In this document: in pieces, positions 9,572-22,000 of the stretch
Layout of the letters: every line of letters starts with the position of its first letter
Position numbering within the stretch: position 1 is the stretch's first letter
Virus record (IMG/VR): IMGVR_UViG_3300044831_000007
Location: 2,518-66,517 of that record
Reading direction: 5' to 3' (one strand)
DNA length: 64,000 nucleotides
Origin: a virus
Lineage: Duplodnaviria > Caudoviricetes
The notes under the pieces: model-generated
Databases searched by the model: none
What the model was told of the DNA's origin: nothing
What the model saw: only the letters and a program-made list of their open reading frames with translations
Made by a program: the position numbers and the translations under genes

Positions 9572-10027
9572 ATGACAATCACATTCGCCACTGAAACCGT
9601 CGCACAGGTGCGCGAGGACATCCTGCCGCTTCTCGATCTGCACTACGACGAGCTGACGCTGCATAAGGACGTGATGCAGCTCGCGCCCGATTGGCCGCGT
9701 TACGAGCTGCTGGAGGGGGTTGACAAGCTGCTGACGTTCACCGCGCGTGACGATGGCCAGCTCATCGGCTATTCGGTCTGGCTCGTAGACGCGCACCTTC
9801 ACTATGCGGGCACGCTGGTCGCAACGAACGATGTGATCTTCCTGCACAAAGACTATCGCCATGGCACGAGTGCCGGCCGCGACCTGATTGGCTACAGCGA
9901 GCAAATGCTGAAGTCGTTCGGTGTCGATAAAGCTATCTGGCACATCAAGTTTAAAAATGACTGGTCTGCAATCCTGCGTCGCCGTGGTTACGAGCGCGAG
10001 GATTTTACGATCGGGAAAATTCTTTAG
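9572..10027 (+). CDS. GNAT-fold acetyltransferase-like protein (151 aa)
   Basis: LLTFTARDDGQLIGYSVW...ATNDVIFLHKDYRHG...LIGYSEQMLKSFGV...ILRRRGY matches the GNAT pattern; such genes are common among podoviral ejection genes. Confidence 0.75.
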   Translation: MTITFATETVAQVREDILPLLDLHYDELTLHKDVMQLAPDWPRYELLEGVDKLLTFTARDDGQLIGYSVWLVDAHLHYAGTLVATNDVIFLHKDYRHGTSAGRDLIGYSEQMLKSFGVDKAIWHIKFKNDWSAILRRRGYEREDFTIGKIL

Positions 10028-10035
10028 GAGCGGCA

Positions 10036-11175
10036 ATGGCTATTACTGGTGGCGCAGCAATCGCGGGCGCGCTCGCGGTGGTGGGGGGTGTCGAAGTCAC
10101 GACCGTGCTTATCGTCGGCCTCGCGATTACGGCCGTGGGCATGGTGACGAAGAACGCGATGCTCATGAAGATCGGCGGGGGTCTCGGAATGGGTGCTGGC
10201 GGCGCTGGCGCTCTGGGCGCTGGCGCGGCCGGCGGTGCGGCTTCGGGCGCCGCTGCCGCTGGTCAAGCCGCGCCGAGCGCCGTGGCCCCCGGCAGCTTGG
10301 CCGCTGGCAACATGGCAGAGGCGACCGTGGGCGGCGCAATGGACGCCACGACTGGCGTGGTCGCGACGCCGTTGGCTGAGTCGGCCGCTGGTGGTTACGG
10401 TGGCGTGGCGGAAGGCGCGAGCGCATCTGGAGCGGGCAGCAGCACGCTGGCCGGCGGGAACGCCATGAATGAGGCATCGGCCGCGACGACTGCCGCCGCG
10501 AATCCGAGCGCTGTTGACTCGATGGCGACAAACATCAACGCCGCTTCGCCGGCCGCGCAGGCAATCGCCGCGCCGAGCGCCGCACAGGCGGGCACGGGTG
10601 CGCCGATGGGCTTCGGTGGCGTCGGTGGCGTGCCGGACGCCGCGAGCGCCGCGAGCGCCGCGCCCGGTGACGCGATCAACCAAGGCTTGGCTACCCAGTC
10701 GGGTGTCGCGCCTGGACCACAAGCCGCCGCGCCGGTTACGCCGACTGCGACTCCCACGATTACGCCGACCGATGGTTCCGCGCCCATGCCGAACAACGGT
10801 ATGCCCGCGCCGGGGTCGGCCGCGAGTGGCACGACTGGCAGCGGAGCGCCCAACGGCTTTTCTAATGCTACTGGTGCGCCTGCGGGCAACGTTGTAGGCC
10901 AAGACCCGGCGAACTGGTGGACTTCGATGTCCGACTGGTTCACCAAGCTCGACCCGCACAGCAAGCTCGCCGTGGGACAGACGGCAGCGGGACTGGTACA
11001 GGGCGTAGGTAAGGGCGCGTCTGACTGGATGACGGCGAATGAAAAGATGGCGTTCGAAAAGCAGAAGTACGCCGATCAGGTGCGCAATGCCAACGCGATT
11101 CCGACCGTAGGCATGTCCGTGAATCAGGGTTACGTGCGCTCGAATGGCCTCATCAACTCCGCGAAGAAGGTATAA
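10036..11175 (+). CDS. Putative ejection (DNA transfer) protein (379 aa)
   Basis: N-terminal hydrophobic Gly/Ala helices with a long low-complexity linker; position. Confidence 0.55.
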   Translation: MAITGGAAIAGALAVVGGVEVTTVLIVGLAITAVGMVTKNAMLMKIGGGLGMGAGGAGALGAGAAGGAASGAAAAGQAAPSAVAPGSLAAGNMAEATVGGAMDATTGVVATPLAESAAGGYGGVAEGASASGAGSSTLAGGNAMNEASAATTAAANPSAVDSMATNINAASPAAQAIAAPSAAQAGTGAPMGFGGVGGVPDAASAASAAPGDAINQGLATQSGVAPGPQAAAPVTPTATPTITPTDGSAPMPNNGMPAPGSAASGTTGSGAPNGFSNATGAPAGNVVGQDPANWWTSMSDWFTKLDPHSKLAVGQTAAGLVQGVGKGASDWMTANEKMAFEKQKYADQVRNANAIPTVGMSVNQGYVRSNGLINSAKKV

Positions 11176-11178
11176 GCG

Positions 11179-11790
11179 ATGGCACTCGACAAATCGAAGC
11201 AGCAAGCGCCGGCGCAGGCCCCGCAACCGGCAGCGCCCGCGCCCGCGCAAGGCGCAGCGCCGGCGGACAGTCAAGACTCGGATATCGCGCAAATTCAGGC
11301 ATCGATCCGGGCGAAGACGCCGCCGAACTTGCGCGTCGCGGTGCAGAAAATCTACCTCGCCGGCATGAAGGTGATGTATTCGTCCGACACGCATCAGCTC
11401 GTCCTGAAGCAATTGAACAACTCTCTGGACCCCGGCACTTCCGTGGGCAAAGGCGTGGCCGCGCTGATCACGCTGCTGTTTCAACAGTCGAAGGGCACCA
11501 TGCCGATTCCGGCGGTGCCGCTCGCGGCCGTGCTGTTGGTCTGCGAAGCGCTCGACTTCATGGAGAAGGGCGGGCTCGCGAAGGTCACGCCGCAGATCAT
11601 CGACACGGCCGTGCAAACGGTCATCTCGATGCTCATGCAAAAGGTAGGGCTGACGCCGCAGAAGATGATGCAGATCGCGGCGCAGGCGCGCAACGGTGGC
11701 GTGCCGCAGCAGCCCCAACCGCAGCCCCAACCGCAGCCCCCGGCGCAGCAATCCGGCCTGATCAATACCCAGATGGGAGCCCCGCAATGA
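11179..11790 (+). CDS. Hypothetical virion-block protein (203 aa)
   Basis: Co-oriented and tightly packed; Q/P-rich termini. Confidence 0.65.
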   Translation: MALDKSKQQAPAQAPQPAAPAPAQGAAPADSQDSDIAQIQASIRAKTPPNLRVAVQKIYLAGMKVMYSSDTHQLVLKQLNNSLDPGTSVGKGVAALITLLFQQSKGTMPIPAVPLAAVLLVCEALDFMEKGGLAKVTPQIIDTAVQTVISMLMQKVGLTPQKMMQIAAQARNGGVPQQPQPQPQPQPPAQQSGLINTQMGAPQ

Positions 11791-13001
11791 GTCTGATCGG
11801 CGCAGCAATCGCAGGCGGTGTTGAAGGCGCGGGGGCTGGCGCTGGCACTGCCCTTAAGCAAGAGGCGGAATATCAGGGCAAGTCCGACCTCCAGCAGCAG
11901 TATGTGTCAGCAGTCGAAGCAAAGGACATGCGATTGGCCGAGCTGGCGCAGGGCTATCACGTCACGAACTCGGCAACTGACTTCCAGAACCTCACGGCGA
12001 TCCACACGCAGGACAACACTTCGGCGGAGACGCGCACGGCGGCGGAGCAGTCGGGTGCGAACACGCGTAACGCTGCAACGGTAGCGGCTGATAGGGATGT
12101 CGCGAACATTCACGAGAGCGGTGCGACCACGCGCGCAGCCGCAGAAATCACGGCCCGCCAGACCTCGGACGCAATCGCGCATACGAATTACACGCCGTCA
12201 CAAGATGGAACCGTGTATGCAACCCGCCCGAACAAGGACGGCACGTACACGACTCAGGTGCTCACGGACTTGAAGGGCGCCCCGATCAGGACGCTGAAGG
12301 ATGTTCCGACAAGCGTCCTCAAGGAATTTGACGGGCAGATGCTGATCGCACGCGCGAAGCTCACTCAGAACCCTGACGACAAAGAAGCGTTGCAGATGGC
12401 GAAAGACGCCATCGCAATGCTGCACGTCTACGGCGGCGGCGGTGCTGCCACGGCTGCGCCGTCCACGGCTGGCGTCGTAGAGGGCGACAGGACCAAGCTG
12501 TTGGCCAACCCCACGCTGCAAGCGATGTCGAACTTGGACTATCACTATGGCGCGGGCACGGCGGCGGAACTCATCAGGCAGAGCAAGGCCGCTGCTACAG
12601 CCGCGCCCGGTGCATCGGCGCCCGTCGCCGCTTCCGCAGCAGCGCCCGTCGCCGCTTCCGCAGCAGCGCCCGTGGCCGCTTCCGCAGCCGCGCCCGATGC
12701 CGCTTCCGCAGCAGCGCCCGCTGCCGCGTCGGCCGCAGCGTCCACGCCTTCCGCCGGCAACATGGGCGCGGATGGCTATGGCGACCATATGGCCGCAGCC
12801 GCTGCGCATGCCGCGCAGTATCAGGCAGATCAGAAGGCCGCAGCCGTAGCGAAGGCGCAAGAGATTGCTGACGCCAATGCGGCACGCGCCGGCGCGCAAC
12901 TGAAGAACCCCACGCGAACCGCAGCCAATTCGCGCTTCGGCCCAAGGGTTGATGTGTTCGACCAGACGGACACGGGTCTCATTCGGCGACAAATCAAGTA
13001 A
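11787..13001 (+). CDS. Putative internal virion protein (404 aa)
   Basis: ATGA overlap with the previous gene; N-terminal GxxxG-rich helix; Ala-rich repeats. Confidence 0.6.
   Translation: MSLIGAAIAGGVEGAGAGAGTALKQEAEYQGKSDLQQQYVSAVEAKDMRLAELAQGYHVTNSATDFQNLTAIHTQDNTSAETRTAAEQSGANTRNAATVAADRDVANIHESGATTRAAAEITARQTSDAIAHTNYTPSQDGTVYATRPNKDGTYTTQVLTDLKGAPIRTLKDVPTSVLKEFDGQMLIARAKLTQNPDDKEALQMAKDAIAMLHVYGGGGAATAAPSTAGVVEGDRTKLLANPTLQAMSNLDYHYGAGTAAELIRQSKAAATAAPGASAPVAASAAAPVAASAAAPVAASAAAPDAASAAAPAAASAAASTPSAGNMGADGYGDHMAAAAAHAAQYQADQKAAAVAKAQEIADANAARAGAQLKNPTRTAANSRFGPRVDVFDQTDTGLIRRQIK
12618..12737 (+). repeat. Five tandem 24-bp in-frame repeats (AP(V/D/A)AASAA)
   Basis: gcgccc units start at 12618, 12642, 12666, 12690 and 12714. 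Confidence 0.9.
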
Positions 13002-13014
13002 TAAAGGAATCCGT

Positions 13015-16000
13015 ATGGCCTCCCAAAATCCTGACTACGTTGAGCCGCTTCCGCCGCTCCCGCCCGGTGGCGTGGTGGATGATGGAAGCATGCTCAATGT
13101 CTCGGCGCAAGCGGGCGCGCAGCGCGCGGCGTCGAGCACGAACAACGCGGAGCTTTTGGAGCAAGCGCTGAATGCGCCGGACCAGAAGCCCCCCGTGCCG
13201 CAAGCTCCGGCGGAGCCTGCGTTGCCGCCGCCGCAACTGGGTGCTGATAACGGGTTCGAGGGTCCGGCGAAGTTGCCGCCGCCGCAAGACGAAGCGCACA
13301 ACCCGTTCATGCAGCCGGAACCCACGGTGCTGGGCGAAGCATGGAAGGGCGTGAAGCACGCACCTATCGGTCTGGAAAAGGGCTTTGGCGGTGCGCTGGA
13401 CTACGCTGGCAAGGCATTCAAGAGCGGCGGTTTTCAGCAGCTCGGGCAGTTCCTCCTGAGCGATGCTGCGTCGCGTGAGGACCTGACGAACACGCCGGAC
13501 GCAAGCGCAGGGTTCATCAAGGGCGCAGCCGGCGGCATGGGCGAAGGCCTGCACCAGCTCGCCATGACAACCGGCGCGGGCGCGCTCATCGGCGGCGCTA
13601 TGGCGGGTCCCCCCGGTGCGGTGGTCGGTGGCGTTATCGGTACGGCTGTGGCGTTGCCGGCCTTCTTCGGCATGGCCGCGCACGAGGGTTATAAACTCAA
13701 CTACGACGCGGCGATCAAGGCGGGCAAGACGCCTGACGAAGCGAACGACATCGGCCTGAAGGCGGGCGGCGCAGACGGCACGATCATGGCCGGTGCGCAG
13801 GCGTTGCTGTCGGCGCTGCCGCTGGGCAAGCTCGCCAGCCCGGTGCTCGAAGCAGCCGGTGGCGCCGTGAAGGGCGCGCTCGTTGAGTCGATGCTGAGCA
13901 CGGGATGGCGCAAGATTGGCACGCAGGTGGTGACGCACGCGGGCGAGATGGGTGGCGTCATGGCCGGACAGGACGCTGCGATTCAGGGCGTCGATATATC
14001 CTATGGTGGCCGCGACTCTTTCGACCCCATGGAGACGGCGCAGGCCGGTGCCACTGGTTTGGGCATGGGTCTGGTGACGGGCTCGATTGGCGCCGCACGT
14101 AGCGCGCGGCATGCGAACCAAACGGCCGGTCTGCTCGCCGACCCTTCGGCGGATCAGAATGCGCGCGGGCAAGCTGCATTTGGCATCGCCGCCGTGCTTA
14201 AAGCGCGTGACCCTGAACTGGCGAAGAACTTCTTGCAGTACTCCGGTATGCAGATTCTCAACGGCAAGCCCGTGGAAATCATGCCGGACAAGGCATACGC
14301 ACGCGCAGCGTTCGACGCGGTAATGAAGTCCGATGTGCCGCTGCTGCCCGCGCCGGCGATGAGTACCGCGCCGAACGTGAGCGGTGTCCTCGACATCGTG
14401 GACCAGAAGAAGTCTCTCGATGACTCGATTGCGAGCGCGGAGGACTTTGTAAACACGGGCATGAAGGGCACGCAGGACCAGATCGACGCCGCGAATGCGT
14501 CACTGGATACCGCTCGCGCGGCCTACGCGGCAGAGGCAGAGCAAGCCAAGGCGGCGATGGATCAGCAAGCTGCTCAAGCGCAGCAACAGGGCGAAGGTGC
14601 GCCCGTCGAAGGCGCACCGGTGGCGCCCGTAGAAGGCGCGCAGGCGGCGCCGGTGGACGCCGTACAAGGCGAAGCTGCTCCCGTGGGCCAAGAGGCCACT
14701 GTAGCCCCCGCTACGCCTGCTGAAACCGTAGCGCCGGCCGCGCCGCTTGCACCGCCTTCGCCGACTGCGCAAGCGGATGCGCAGCGCACGGGCGCGATCA
14801 TGCAGAGCAACCCGCGCAATGTGACGACCAGCCAGCTCGCCACGATCGCGGAACACCATAGCGACTCGGCCGTGCGTGCGCAGGCTGCGGACCTGCTTGC
14901 CCAGCGCAAGAACGGACAGGCGTTCGCCTCGCCGGACGCCAAGGGCCGCGTAGTTTCGTGGCTCGCGGACCAGGAGAACGGCCAAACGGTCACGCGTGTG
15001 ACGCGTCAGATGCCGGATGGCTCGTTTGAGAAGACCAGCGCTTACGCCGATGGTACGTCGAAGGTGGAACAGGTGCCGGCGGCGGAGTTTTCGGCCAAGC
15101 GTGCAGAGCCCGCCATGGGTGAAGCGCCGGCAAAGCCCGATACGGTCGATACGGTCGATACGAGCGCGGCTGCTGTTCGCGCCAAGTTGAAGTCCGACCC
15201 GGCTTTCAAGGCCGCATGGAAGGAGAACAACGAGCCGCACCCGGAAAGTGGAGTCGCAGGCCAATTGCTGCGTGGCTGGCTCGACGCTGAAGCTGGCAAG
15301 CCGATGGATCGCGCGCAGGTGTCGCCGATCACGCCTGATATGAAGCCCGATGGTCTCAATCCGGTGGACTCCTATCAGGGCGGCTACCTGTCGAAGAGCA
15401 AGGGCAAGCCGTTTCAGGTCCGCGCCATGGATCGCTCGGTGCAGGACGAGAACGGCAAGTGGATTTCGCCGGAAGCGTCGATCGATAAGGCTGTGGCTGA
15501 AGGCCGCGATACGGTTACGGAGCACAAAGAGGCCGATGGTACGTGGTGGGAGCTGTCGGGCGGCGAGGGCACCCCTCGCGGGTTCAACAACGCGCACGAT
15601 GCAGCTTACGCGCGTGAGGCAATTGAGCGCGCCAAGGGCAAGCCGTCCGCTGAAGCCACGCAAGCGCAAGGCGCGCTCGATACGGGCGCAAAGCACGCAG
15701 AACCGGCCGTGAAAGCCGAGCCGATTGGCGAAAAGCCGGCCGAACCGGTCGTGCAAGCCGAGCCGATTGGTGAAAAGACGGCCGAGCCGGCCGTGAAAGC
15801 CGAACCGGTCGTGCAAGCCGAGCCGATTGCCGCAAAGCCGGCCGAACCGGTCGCAGAGACGCCGAAAAGCGACGTTCACCCGGAATTAGTAGACCTGAAG
15901 GGCGCATTGGACCGCGAAGCGCAGGCCAATGGCCAGACGGCGGCGCCGCACATCGTTCTGGTGGACCCGGCGACGCTGCCGGACAAGCCTGTCGCGGTCA

Positions 16001-19000
16001 ATAATGGCGTGAAGAACGCCACGACACTCTCGAAGGCGCGTTACAAGCTGGTTCAGAAAGTCGCAGCCATGTTCGGGCAGAAGGTTGTGCTGTTTCGCGC
16101 CGGGGACGCCGCGCGAGCGGGCGAACTGGACGATGGCATGGTCCTGTCGCACGATGGCAAGACGGTTTATCTGAATGCGGACGCCTCGGGCGCCGATCAC
16201 ATGGTTATCGTGGGCCATGAGATTGCGCATCAGATGAAGAAGAACGCGCCGGCGCTGTACCGCCAGCTCGGGGACGCTCTGCGCACGCAATTTAAGGGCG
16301 ACGCGGCGCGGCGCTTCTACCGCTACTACAACGCTATCCCGGAGGGCCAGGGCCAGCGGAGCACGTCGAGGGACGTGACGACCGGCAAGGGCAAAAAGAA
16401 GCAGACAACGAACGTCTGGACCGAAACGAAGGAACCGGGCCGCAGCGATGCGTCGATTGACCGCGCATTGCAGAACGAGAAAACGCACGACCGCATGGTC
16501 GGCGAATTCATCGCGGACCTTTTCGGCAACCGCTTCGCCGAGTCGCGCACTTGGACCAAGATGTTCCGCGATCTGGGCGGCAATGAGAACACGAACAAGG
16601 GTCTGGTCTATCGCATCGCCGATTTCATCACGTCGTTCATCGACCGCCTCATGGAACACGCGCCGTTTCGCAAGTTCGCGACCGATGGCATGGTCCGGGA
16701 CCTGAAGAGCGTGCAGACGAACGTGCGGCAAGCGCTGAAGGAATACGCGCAGATGAACAACTCCAGTGGGCTCGCGCACGACGCCGATCAGATGCGTGCT
16801 CGCATGGAGAACAAGCGCGCTCGCGCGGACAAGGCGGAGGGTTTCAACGGCACGAAGGAGCCAATGGAGCAGTACCTTGTCTCGGCCAAGGGCGTGCCGT
16901 TCGTGATGCGCCGCGCGTTCCGTGGCAAGTACGAGATGTTCATCGGCGACCAGAAAATTGGCAGCGTGAGCTATCACGCTACGCCGATGGGCGAATGGAA
17001 GGCCTCGGGCGTCGAAGTGGACCCGAAGTATCGCCGGCAGGGCATCGCCAGCGCGGCCTATGATTTTCTGGAAAAGAAGGTCATCAACGACAAGTTCACG
17101 CAGCTCGGTGGGCAAAGCGAAGACGGCCGCGCGTTCCGCGAGGGGCGTGACCAGAACAAGGCGGACGCCGAAGCCTTCAACCGCAGCAATGCGGCGAAGG
17201 AGCGCGATGCGCGCGAGAGTCAGGTGGACCCGGCCAACGACGATCTGCGCACGGCTATCTCCAAGTTGGGCGGGCTGAACAAGGCAGACGTAAAAAGCCA
17301 ATGGGGCTCTGATTCGGATGCACAGCACGGCCGGCGCTGGCTCGTTTCGCCGAACGGTCTGAGCATCGAAGCGATGTCGCAAAAGCTGCACGAGCTGGGC
17401 TATCTGCACGACACGGAAAACTTGCACAACGAGCTGGCCACGAAATTCGAATCGGGCAAGTCGCACTACACGCCTGAAGGCGAAGAAAATCAGGCGCGTC
17501 TCGCATGGGAGGATCATCAGGAATCGGAGAAGGAGCGCGCAGCGATTCAGGATGAGGGCAGCGCGCCGGTTGATGAGACGCCTGAAGACGATTCGATCCC
17601 GTTCAGCAAGCGCCGTGGCGACGTGCTGGCCAGCAAGCCGCGTGCATCGGCAGAACCGGAGGACGCCGCCGGCCGTGGCCGCGTGAAGATGCGTGGCCCC
17701 GGTGACAAGCCCAGCATTTACGGTGGCGAAAGCGCGGCGTCGATCCGCCCGGAACGGCTGGAAGGCGCGAAGGCGCGCATCGCGGCTGGGGATGACCCGG
17801 AAGCCGTGCGGAAAGAGACCGGCTGGTTTAAGAGCCGCGTCGATGACAAGTGGCGCCACGAGATTGACGACAGTCGCGCGAAGCTCACGAAGCCGTGGGA
17901 TCAAGTCGAAGAGGAGGGCTATCCGTCCAAAATCCACAAGATGAGCGACGTGCTCGATCACCCTGAGCTTTACCACGCGTACCCGGAAGCGCGTGATATT
18001 CCTGTCACGAAGAAGGGCGCCAACTACGACTGGTTCGGCAATACGCAGGGGTGGTTTAACCCGGAGAATGGCCGGCTGAATGTCACGCCTTATGCCAAGG
18101 ACCCGCTTTCCGTGATGCTGCATGAACTTCAGCATTGGGTTCAGGGCAAGGAGGGGTTCGACTCGGGCGGTAACGTGGAGTCCTCGCGCCTCGATAACTC
18201 GGTGAATCTCGCCAAGCTTGAATCGCGTCTGCATGACCGGATTGCCGCGTTGGGCGACGCGACCGATGTCAAGTCCGGTTTCCAGGGCACGCAGCTCGAA
18301 AACTTGGCCAAGTCGCTCGGCAAATTGCGGGAGCAAATGCCGGAAAACCGGGAGGCGTATAAGCGCATGGATGCAGCGGACGCGCATCTCGCGGAACTGG
18401 AACAGCAGAAGAAGGCGGTGAGCGCCAAGTACGACCAGAAGCAGGCCGACGCCAAGGTCGAATACGCGGCCTACGAAAAGGCCCGCGATGCCTACCGGAA
18501 GGAGAAGTTGCGCCTGAAGCTCGACACGATTGTTTCTAGTGCCACGGATGCGCACCGCAAGGCCTATGAGGACTTCATTGCACAAGGGGAGCCGAAGGAA
18601 GTACCGTGGCCTGGGCGGGACTGGAGCGGGGAGGCTGCTGAAAACGACGCGATCGGCAAGCAGGTTAATGCCGAGCGAGACGCGAAGAAAGAGGCTGAGA
18701 AGAGTGTCGGGCAAGGCATTGCGGGTTTGAATGACTTAAAGCACGGGCTCTACCAGCTCATTGCTGGCGAGCGTGAGGCGCGCGATACACAGGCGCGGCA
18801 AGGCATGGATGTATTCGCTCGCCGTGACACCGCGCCCTACAGCGCTGAAAGCATCCGCGATTCTCAGGTGATTCGTTCGCAAGGCGATATCAGCGCGAGC
18901 ACGCGGCGCGGCGAGCAAGACCCTGAAGTTACGCGGCAGATCAAGCGTCTGCGGGGGCAACTGGAGACCGCTGAAGATCGCGGCTACGATCCGGGCTTTT

Positions 19001-22000
19001 TCGCCTCAAAGATCGATGACTTGATTGAAGCGGACCAGTTGGTGAGCCGTATTCCTCGGTCTAAGTGGGATGCCGAGCAAGAACGCTTCTACAAAGCCTC
19101 GGCTGCCGCTGGTAACGACGTTGACCGTGGGATTTACCACGCTGCCGCCGAAGAGCTGGGCCGGCGTATCGCGGCGACGCGCACGGCGGCAGACATCCCG
19201 CGCGATCTGGTGCATGGCACGACGAAGGAAGGCGCTGAAGCGATCCGCAAGGCTGGCGGATTTAAGCCGGGTGACGGCACACGCGCGTACAGCTACTCGG
19301 AGCTTGGCCCGGACGCGTCTTACTTCACTGTGGATGGTGGGCACTGGCTGAACGTTGAACTGGGAGACCGCAAGGCGATTTACGACGCAAAACTGCACGC
19401 CCGTCTGTCGCCGGATGCGAACATCGTTCACATCCGAAACGACGCGGACGTGCGGGCGCTGGCGAAGAAGCTGGGCTACCACGGCGAAGACGCTGAATAC
19501 GACCTCGGCCGCGATTTCTTTGTTGACGGGTTTCATGATGGCCCGGAAAGCAAAGCTCAGATGGAGAAGCTGTACGCGCCGCTGCGCGCGAAGCTGAAGG
19601 CGGCGGGGATCGACGGTATCTATGTCGATAAGCATTACACCCCCGACGCCGGCTATAACGGCCCTTCAATTGGTGGGCACTTCGCAAGCGATCAAGTTGC
19701 GGTTTTCAACCACGACAAAATCGCGCTGAAGGGCGACGCGCCGGGAATTAGTGCGAGCAAGCGCCGGTCGGAAGCGTTCAATGACTGGTTCGGCGAGTCG
19801 AAGGTGACTGACGAAGAGGGCAACCCGAAGACGGTCTATCACGGCACGTCCAAGGGTGGCTTTGACCAGTTCGATGCCTATGGCTCGAATCATGGCCTGT
19901 TCGGGCAGGGCGTCTACACGACCGAAAGCCGGGACGTAGCGCAGAACTACACGAAGAAGGGCCGGGGCAGCGAGCCGCAGGTGTATCCGCTGCACGCGCG
20001 GATTGAGCATCCGATCGACATGGATGCACGGGCCGATCGCGCCGCATGGGAGAAGGGATTCCCCGCTGTGGACTTCGATAGCTATGCGCCCCATAGCGCC
20101 ACGAATGAGGGCTTCTACCGTGCGGCCGAAGATCACTTCATCGATGAAGGCTTGCCGAAGTGGGAAGGCGCAGAAGCGATGCAGGAGGGCTTGCGCGGCA
20201 TGGGCCATGATGGCATCACGCACATGGGTGGTGGACGCGTGGACGCCGAAGGCGAGCGGCACCGCGTTCATATCGCGTTCGACCCGGAACAGGTGAAGTC
20301 GGCCACGGAAAACTCGGGAGAATTCAACCGTGAAGACGCGAATATCTACGCCAGTAAGCGGCGTGCGCAAGGGCTCGGCGAGCTGACGAAGGATCAGGAA
20401 ACTGAGCTTGAAAAGGTGGGTGGGATCATCAGCAAGCCGGGGATCAAGCAGCGCGTGGCCAGCAAGCTCGATGGCCTGGGCCTGCGGTTGGAACAAAATA
20501 TCGCGCACCGGTATGCCCCGATCCGCGCAATCTCTGAGCTGGGCTTTAAACAGGCTCGGCAGGCGCGTGGCAGCGATGGCGGGCTGGAAGCGATCATGCA
20601 GTACGGCAAGCTGAGCGTCGATAAGGACGGCGCCTATGACACGAAGATCGATGAAAAGAATCCGTATGCGAAGGGATTCGCCGCTGCACTGGCGAAGCTC
20701 GACGGGGAGCACAATCGGTTCTTCTGGTGGATCGCGGCGCATCGCGCGGAGGACTTGGCCAAGTTGAGCTTGGAAAACAACTTCGACAAGGACTCGATTC
20801 GAGTCCTGAAGGGCCTCGACAAGCCGAATGCGGACGGCACGGCCGCTGATCGGCCGCAGAAGTTTCAGGAGGCGCTGAAGGCCTACAACGACTTTAACGA
20901 CAACGTGCTGGCGATCGCGGAAAAGTCGGGGCTGATTAACGCCGCGACCCGCGCGATGTTCAAGCTCCATATGTACGTGCCGTTCTTCCGTGTCGCGGAA
21001 GAGACGGGGGACATCGCAGGACCGCGCAATGTGTCTGGACTGGTCAATCAGTTCGCCTTCCATAAGCTGGGCGGCGGCACTGACAAGCTCAATTCGGACC
21101 TGTTGGCGAACGTGTTGCAGAACTGGAGCCATCTGCTGGGTGCATCTGCCCGCAATCGGGCTGCACGCACCACGCTCGACGCCGCGCAGGGCCTTGGCGC
21201 CGCGCACAAGATTCCCTCGGGCCTCGCGGGAAAGAATAGCGTCAAGGTCATGGTGAACGGCGAAAAGCAGCACTGGACCGTGACCAACAAGCCGCTGTAT
21301 GGAGCCGTGTCCGCGATGTATGCGGAAGTGCCGAAGTGGATGAAACCGCTTTCCACGTTCAAGCACGCGCTCACCTTCGGCGTGACGGTTATGCCGGGGT
21401 TCAAGTACCGAAACGTAATCCGCGACACGATCACGACCGCCGGTATCTCGGAAGCGTCCAACCCGTTCAAGACTCTTGTGGAAGGGTGGGAAGGCACGAA
21501 TCACGGTAGCCAGACGCGGGCCTCGATGCTGGCCTCGGGTGCCATTATCCGTTTCGGGAATCTTGCGAAAGAGGGTTCGGCGCAGGCGACGCACCGGCTG
21601 ATTCGCACGATGATCGATCCGAAGACGGTGCTCGATTCACCGGGCAAGCTGAAGCAGGTTGGCGATAAGCTGGCCAAAGCGTTTGACGCCTATCAGGAGC
21701 TTGGCGATCGTTCGGAAAACATCAACCGGGCGGGGCTGTATAAGCAATTGCGCGCGAAGGGGTTCAGTCACATGGACGCCAGTTTTGCCGCGCGTGACCT
21801 GCTGGACTTCTCGGACGGCGGCACCCATGCGGCCATACAGTTTCTTGTACAGTCGGTCCCGTTCATGAACGCGCGTATTCAGGGCCTCTTCAAGCTCGGG
21901 CAGGCGGCAATGGACCCGAAGACGCGCAAGCAGTTTCTCGTGACGGCAGGAGCCGTCTCGCTGGCGAGTCTGGCGCTGATGCTGCGCTATCAGAACGATC

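Noticed and set aside
15690-15860. AEP(I/V)-type repeats in the giant protein as a separate element
   Set aside because: In-frame low-complexity linker, ordinary for large ejection proteins.
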